From positions 34,441 to 98,440 of the forward strand of contig JAKQQL010000474.1 in the NCBI GenBank assembly GCA_029564175.1: a stretch of 64,000 nucleotides of DNA, written 5' to 3'. Below are positions 60,067 through 64,000 of the stretch, piece after piece. Position numbers and translations under genes: made by a program. Under the pieces are notes generated by a model. The model did no database searches and had not been told where the DNA came from. It was given only the letters and a program-made list of their open reading frames with translations. The DNA comes from Candidatus Cloacimonadota bacterium. Lineage in GTDB: Bacteria > Cloacimonadota > Cloacimonadia > Cloacimonadales > WRIO01. Position 1 is the first letter of the stretch. Each line of letters starts with the position of its first letter.

Positions 60067-60095
60067 TTGCCAAAACTTGTCAGATATGGTATACT
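60067..60095 (+). promoter_or_regulatory. promoter for the DNA polymerase gene
   Basis: TTGCCA-N17-TATACT with TGn. Confidence 0.8.
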
Positions 60096-60126
60096 GGAGA
60101 GGATTATGAAAGGGAGGATTGGTTAA

Positions 60127-62880
60127 ATGTCCAATTTGAACACTTTACCTGTAAAGTTTCTTTATAATGATAAACAGAAACAAATGACAACCTTTTATCG
60201 TAGAAAAGGTGAACTTGATCTTTTTAAAATGGTTGAATCCTATTCACATTATGTATTTCTGGAAAATCCAAGAGGGGAATATGTTTCACTTGTAGACCCA
60301 ACAAAAAGATATCAAAAGAAAATGGTTTCAATGGAAGAATTGTCTATGTATAAAAAAGAACATAATGTTAAATTAGCTGAAGGTGATTTGAAACCAGAAC
60401 AAAGATATGTCTATGATACATATTCAAATGAAGTTTGGCCAGATGATATTATGCCAAGAATATTTATTATTGACATTGAGGTTAATGCTAATGAAGGCAT
60501 TCTTCCTAGTTGGGAACATCATAAATATCCTATTAATGCCATAACCGTCTATGATAGTTATACCAAAATGTATGAATGTTTCTTTTTAATTCCAAATTCG
60601 GAATGGGAATTGAAACTCAAAAAGAATCCTCTTGAAGATATGATGAATCAGATGGCTCAGGAAGAAAATATTCCATTCAGTAAAGACAATGTTAATACTC
60701 GTTTGTATTATGATGATGAAGAATTATTGTCAGATTTTCTTGATTATTGGGTTCAAAATATGCCTGACATTGCAACTGGTTGGAATACTTCATTTGACAT
60801 TCCATATATTGTTCGTAAAGTTTTTGATCATTTTGATTTGGAAGGTGTTAAGAGATTTTCCCCATTTAATAAACTTTCATTTCGTGTCATGAAAGCTGTT
60901 CAAGATGGTGGAACTGTGGAAGATGATGATATTATTCCCGGAGTGGATATTATTGACTACAAACTTTTAACGGAAAAATTCAATGATACGGAACTTTCAA
61001 GCTATTCACTTGACAACGTTTCTTTTGAAATTTTGAAACGTGGAAAACTGAAATATGAAGGGGATTTGGTTCAACTTTATCGAAAAGATTTTGATAGATT
61101 TTGTTTGTATAATTATTCAGATGTTGAATTGGTTTATTCTCTTGATCAAATTAAAAAGTTTATGATCCTTGCTGCAGCCGTCAGGAATATTTCTTTGGCC
61201 AATTTCTCGGATATTTTCGAAATGTCTCATGTGGTTGATGGGTGTTTTCTTAGGAAGGTGGCCGTCAAAAGAGAAAACGGGTCAAAAATGGTCTTGCCAT
61301 CTAAGAAACCTCGTATGGAGAAAAAGAAATTTTGTGGAGCTTTTGTCAAAGAACCACTAAAGGGAAGATGGAAAATAATTACGGACTTGGATTATGCATC
61401 CCTGTATCCAAGTCTTATCAGAACATTTAATCTTTCACCTGAAACAATTATTGGTATGGTTGATAATTATACTCATTTAAATAAAATGACAGTCAATTCT
61501 AATTTTGGATTTTACTATGATAAGTCATATTTGTTTCCAGAATCAGAATTTCTAACCCCTCCAAAATCAGATATGGGTGATGGTATTTATATTCGATTGA
61601 TAAAAGACGATGAACGTATCAAAATGTCTCATAAAGAATTTACAAAATGGTGTCATGAAAATAATTATTCTGTTTGTCCAAATGGATTAATAACAACTCA
61701 TGATGTGAATATGCCATTGATGGTTGAAATCGTGACGGAAGTTGGAGAAGGCAGAGCTAAGTATAAAAAACTAAAACAGGAAATGTTAAAAGATGGCAAT
61801 GAAGAAAAGGCTGCCGGGTTTGACACACTTCAAAATGCTATGAAGGTAATTGGCAATTCAACTTATGGCGTTATTTCAATGAACGAATTTAGATTGTTTG
61901 ATGTTCGTATTGCTGAAGCTATTACTACTGGTGGACAATTTGTTATTAAAAGTGCTTCTGTTCTATTGAATAACTATATCAATAAGAAATTCAATTTTGA
62001 TGAAACAACAGACCATATTATTACAATTGATACGGACTCAATGATTTTCACAGTTGAAAAGATTTTTCCCGATTTTAAAATTGACAATTACACCGATGAA
62101 GATATTGACAAGATAGATGTTTTTGCAAAAGAATGTGAATCATTTATAAACAATGCTTCAAAGAAATTGCCATCCATCATGTTCTATAAGAAATCTGAAA
62201 AGAATAATTTTCTTTCGGTCAAACAGGAATGGATTGGTATTTCTGGATTGTTTACTAGCAAAAAACATTATGTGCTTCATATTGTCAAAGAAGAAGGAAG
62301 AAAAGTTGATAAGATTCATGCTAAGGGTATTGCTATTCGCAGGTCTGATGTTCCGAAACCAACAAAAGAATTTCTTTCATCTGTAATTGACATGTTATTG
62401 AATTTTGAAAGTCGTGTCAATATTAAGAAAAGAATTCTTGAAGAAGTTAAGAATATTGATGAAGTCTATACTCTTGGAGAAATGGGATTGCCAGTTGGTA
62501 TGAAAAGACCCGACCAATATGAAAAAACAATTCCTGCTCAGATTCGTGGAGCTATTATTTTTAATGATCATATTGCCAAGAATGAAGCTGACAAACTCTT
62601 GTTTGGTAAAATTAAATATGTGTATGTTAAAAATTGGAAAAAGTTAAACCAACTTAATATGAAGATTGATGACTATAATGTTATTAGTTGGAATCCCGGT
62701 TCTGAATATGAACAAGAATTAGAAGATCAAATTGAAGTTGATAAGATGAGAATGAAGGAAAGAATGATTGTCAATATCATTAAACCTTTCTATAAGGCTA
62801 TGGATTGGCAAATTCCCGGTGAAATAATGGCAACAACAAGCACCAGACTAAATATTTTTCAAAAGAAGAAAGCAGGTTAA
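60127..62880 (+). CDS. family B DNA polymerase (gp43-like)
   Basis: DIEV, GWN..FDIPY, YNYSDV exonuclease motifs; DYASLYPS, K...NSTYG, DTDS, KKHY. Confidence 0.95.
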   Translation: MSNLNTLPVKFLYNDKQKQMTTFYRRKGELDLFKMVESYSHYVFLENPRGEYVSLVDPTKRYQKKMVSMEELSMYKKEHNVKLAEGDLKPEQRYVYDTYSNEVWPDDIMPRIFIIDIEVNANEGILPSWEHHKYPINAITVYDSYTKMYECFFLIPNSEWELKLKKNPLEDMMNQMAQEENIPFSKDNVNTRLYYDDEELLSDFLDYWVQNMPDIATGWNTSFDIPYIVRKVFDHFDLEGVKRFSPFNKLSFRVMKAVQDGGTVEDDDIIPGVDIIDYKLLTEKFNDTELSSYSLDNVSFEILKRGKLKYEGDLVQLYRKDFDRFCLYNYSDVELVYSLDQIKKFMILAAAVRNISLANFSDIFEMSHVVDGCFLRKVAVKRENGSKMVLPSKKPRMEKKKFCGAFVKEPLKGRWKIITDLDYASLYPSLIRTFNLSPETIIGMVDNYTHLNKMTVNSNFGFYYDKSYLFPESEFLTPPKSDMGDGIYIRLIKDDERIKMSHKEFTKWCHENNYSVCPNGLITTHDVNMPLMVEIVTEVGEGRAKYKKLKQEMLKDGNEEKAAGFDTLQNAMKVIGNSTYGVISMNEFRLFDVRIAEAITTGGQFVIKSASVLLNNYINKKFNFDETTDHIITIDTDSMIFTVEKIFPDFKIDNYTDEDIDKIDVFAKECESFINNASKKLPSIMFYKKSEKNNFLSVKQEWIGISGLFTSKKHYVLHIVKEEGRKVDKIHAKGIAIRRSDVPKPTKEFLSSVIDMLLNFESRVNIKKRILEEVKNIDEVYTLGEMGLPVGMKRPDQYEKTIPAQIRGAIIFNDHIAKNEADKLLFGKIKYVYVKNWKKLNQLNMKIDDYNVISWNPGSEYEQELEDQIEVDKMRMKERMIVNIIKPFYKAMDWQIPGEIMATTSTRLNIFQKKKAG

Positions 62881-62882
62881 TA

Positions 62883-63380
62883 ATGGAAAACAAACCTTAT
62901 TTTATTTTTGGCCCACTGAATGAAATCTCTACAACTCATGGTATGGTGTCAATGGCAGCTTTACATAATGTCATGCATAATAATCAAATGACTGATGATT
63001 TAAAGATATTTGGCTTTTTTGTTCAGGATACTTTGGATTCAATTTATGAAACTGTCAATGTTGTTTCAGATTGTTATAAAATTCGATTTATAAGTAATGG
63101 AATGGGCCCGGTAGATATTTGGGTTCATCCTAATCAAGTCTTTCAGATTTTTGATCCTACCTATCAGAATGCACAATATATTAAGGCAAGTCATCTGGAA
63201 CCCGGAATTGTTGTTGCTTCGGTAGCAGGTGGTATGTTGGTCGAATCAGTTGAACTATTGGAAGATTATTCAATGATTAAAATGACAATGATGAATAAAT
63301 ATCCTTCCATGATTGTTGGTGGAATTTTGGTTTTTCAGACAAGCGATAAAGAGGATAAGGATATTTTTTTCGTCGTTTAA
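62883..63380 (+). CDS. degenerate free-standing Hint (intein-like) fold protein
   Basis: ISTTHG..MAAL, YKIRF, KASHLEPG, VESVE, IVGGILVFQ match Hint block layout; catalytic residues absent. Confidence 0.5.
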   Translation: MENKPYFIFGPLNEISTTHGMVSMAALHNVMHNNQMTDDLKIFGFFVQDTLDSIYETVNVVSDCYKIRFISNGMGPVDIWVHPNQVFQIFDPTYQNAQYIKASHLEPGIVVASVAGGMLVESVELLEDYSMIKMTMMNKYPSMIVGGILVFQTSDKEDKDIFFVV

Positions 63381-63391
63381 TCAATAAATGG

Positions 63392-63904
63392 GTGGTGAAA
63401 AAACCAATGTATGTAATTATTAATGGTGGAATTGAATTAAAAAGACAACTTTCTGAAAATTTTCAAGCTTTGGAATTTGCTTGTTCTCATTGTGGACAAT
63501 TGAAGATTTCTATGGAATTGATAAATAAACTTCAAGAATTTAGAAATTGGGTTGGAAAGCCAATTCATATTAATTCTGGCTATAGGTGTTCACTACATAG
63601 TGTTGAAATTGGAAGCAAAAGAACAAGTGAACATTGTTTAGGAAATGCGGCTGACATTCGAATTGATTCTACAATGAATATGTATCAAATGTTTACTAAA
63701 TTGATTACCATTTTCCCAAGAGTTGGCATGTATCATACACATGATGGAAGAGGATTTATTCATGTTGATACAAAAAAGGATCAATTGTTTTGGATTAATG
63801 ATAGGGTTAATGGAACAGGAAAGTATATCTATTTTAGAACTATACCGAAATTGGAAGAATATATTGCCAATACCAAAACTAATTGGAAAGCTCTCGTGAT
63901 ATAA
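63392..63904 (+). CDS. peptidase M15A (D-Ala-D-Ala carboxypeptidase family)
   Basis: LSENF..EFAC, INSGYRC, SEHCLGNAADI, FIHVD. Confidence 0.85.
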   Translation: MVKKPMYVIINGGIELKRQLSENFQALEFACSHCGQLKISMELINKLQEFRNWVGKPIHINSGYRCSLHSVEIGSKRTSEHCLGNAADIRIDSTMNMYQMFTKLITIFPRVGMYHTHDGRGFIHVDTKKDQLFWINDRVNGTGKYIYFRTIPKLEEYIANTKTNWKALVI

Positions 63905-63905
63905 A

Positions 63906-64000
63906 ATGATACCAGCTGCAAAACCAATCAACTTTGTTGAAAATGTCTATGATGAAAATGATTTAAAGCTTTTAAGAAATATGTCGGCAGAACAAATAAG
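63906..64000 (+). CDS. partial ORF running off the window
   Basis: ATG one base after the previous stop; open to the window end. Confidence 0.5.
   Translation, partial: MIPAAKPINFVENVYDENDLKLLRNMSAEQI

Noticed and set aside
60127..62880. Intein or intron in the DNA polymerase
   Set aside because: Length and motif spacing fit an uninterrupted gp43-like enzyme
1..64000. Stop-codon reassignment, as in some large phages
   Set aside because: Core genes are full length in the standard code, and TAA, TAG and TGA all end genes

Overview
AT-rich segment of a large lytic dsDNA bacteriophage with T4-like replication genes. All three stop codons are used, so the genetic code appears standard. Layout: (1) 1-20 kb, virion baseplate/tail/receptor-binding genes, including a sharply bounded GC-rich island encoding a DGR-target-like C-type-lectin protein; (2) 20.1-25.8 kb, five coupled membrane proteins with PAS, GAF and CHASE4 sensor domains but no output domain; (3) 25.8-30.1 kb, two radical SAM enzymes followed by a 417-aa protein with 14 CxCxxR repeats, a candidate phage post-translational modification system; (4) 30.2-32.1 kb, lysis cassette; (5) a nucleotidyltransferase-ligase fusion, a HAD phosphatase and a J-domain gene; (6) 36.3-63.4 kb, a replication/recombination block (dUTPase-like, UvsX, gp32, an extra family-A polymerase core, primase, helicase, gp55-like sigma, clamp loader, clamp, RNase H, gp47/46, permuted DHH protein, three ADP-ribosyltransferase-like paralogs, gp43, degenerate Hint protein) with a repeated TTGCCA-N17-TGnTAYAMT promoter. 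No tRNA, rRNA, CRISPR array or reverse transcriptase was seen. All family calls come from motif recognition by eye, not from database searches.
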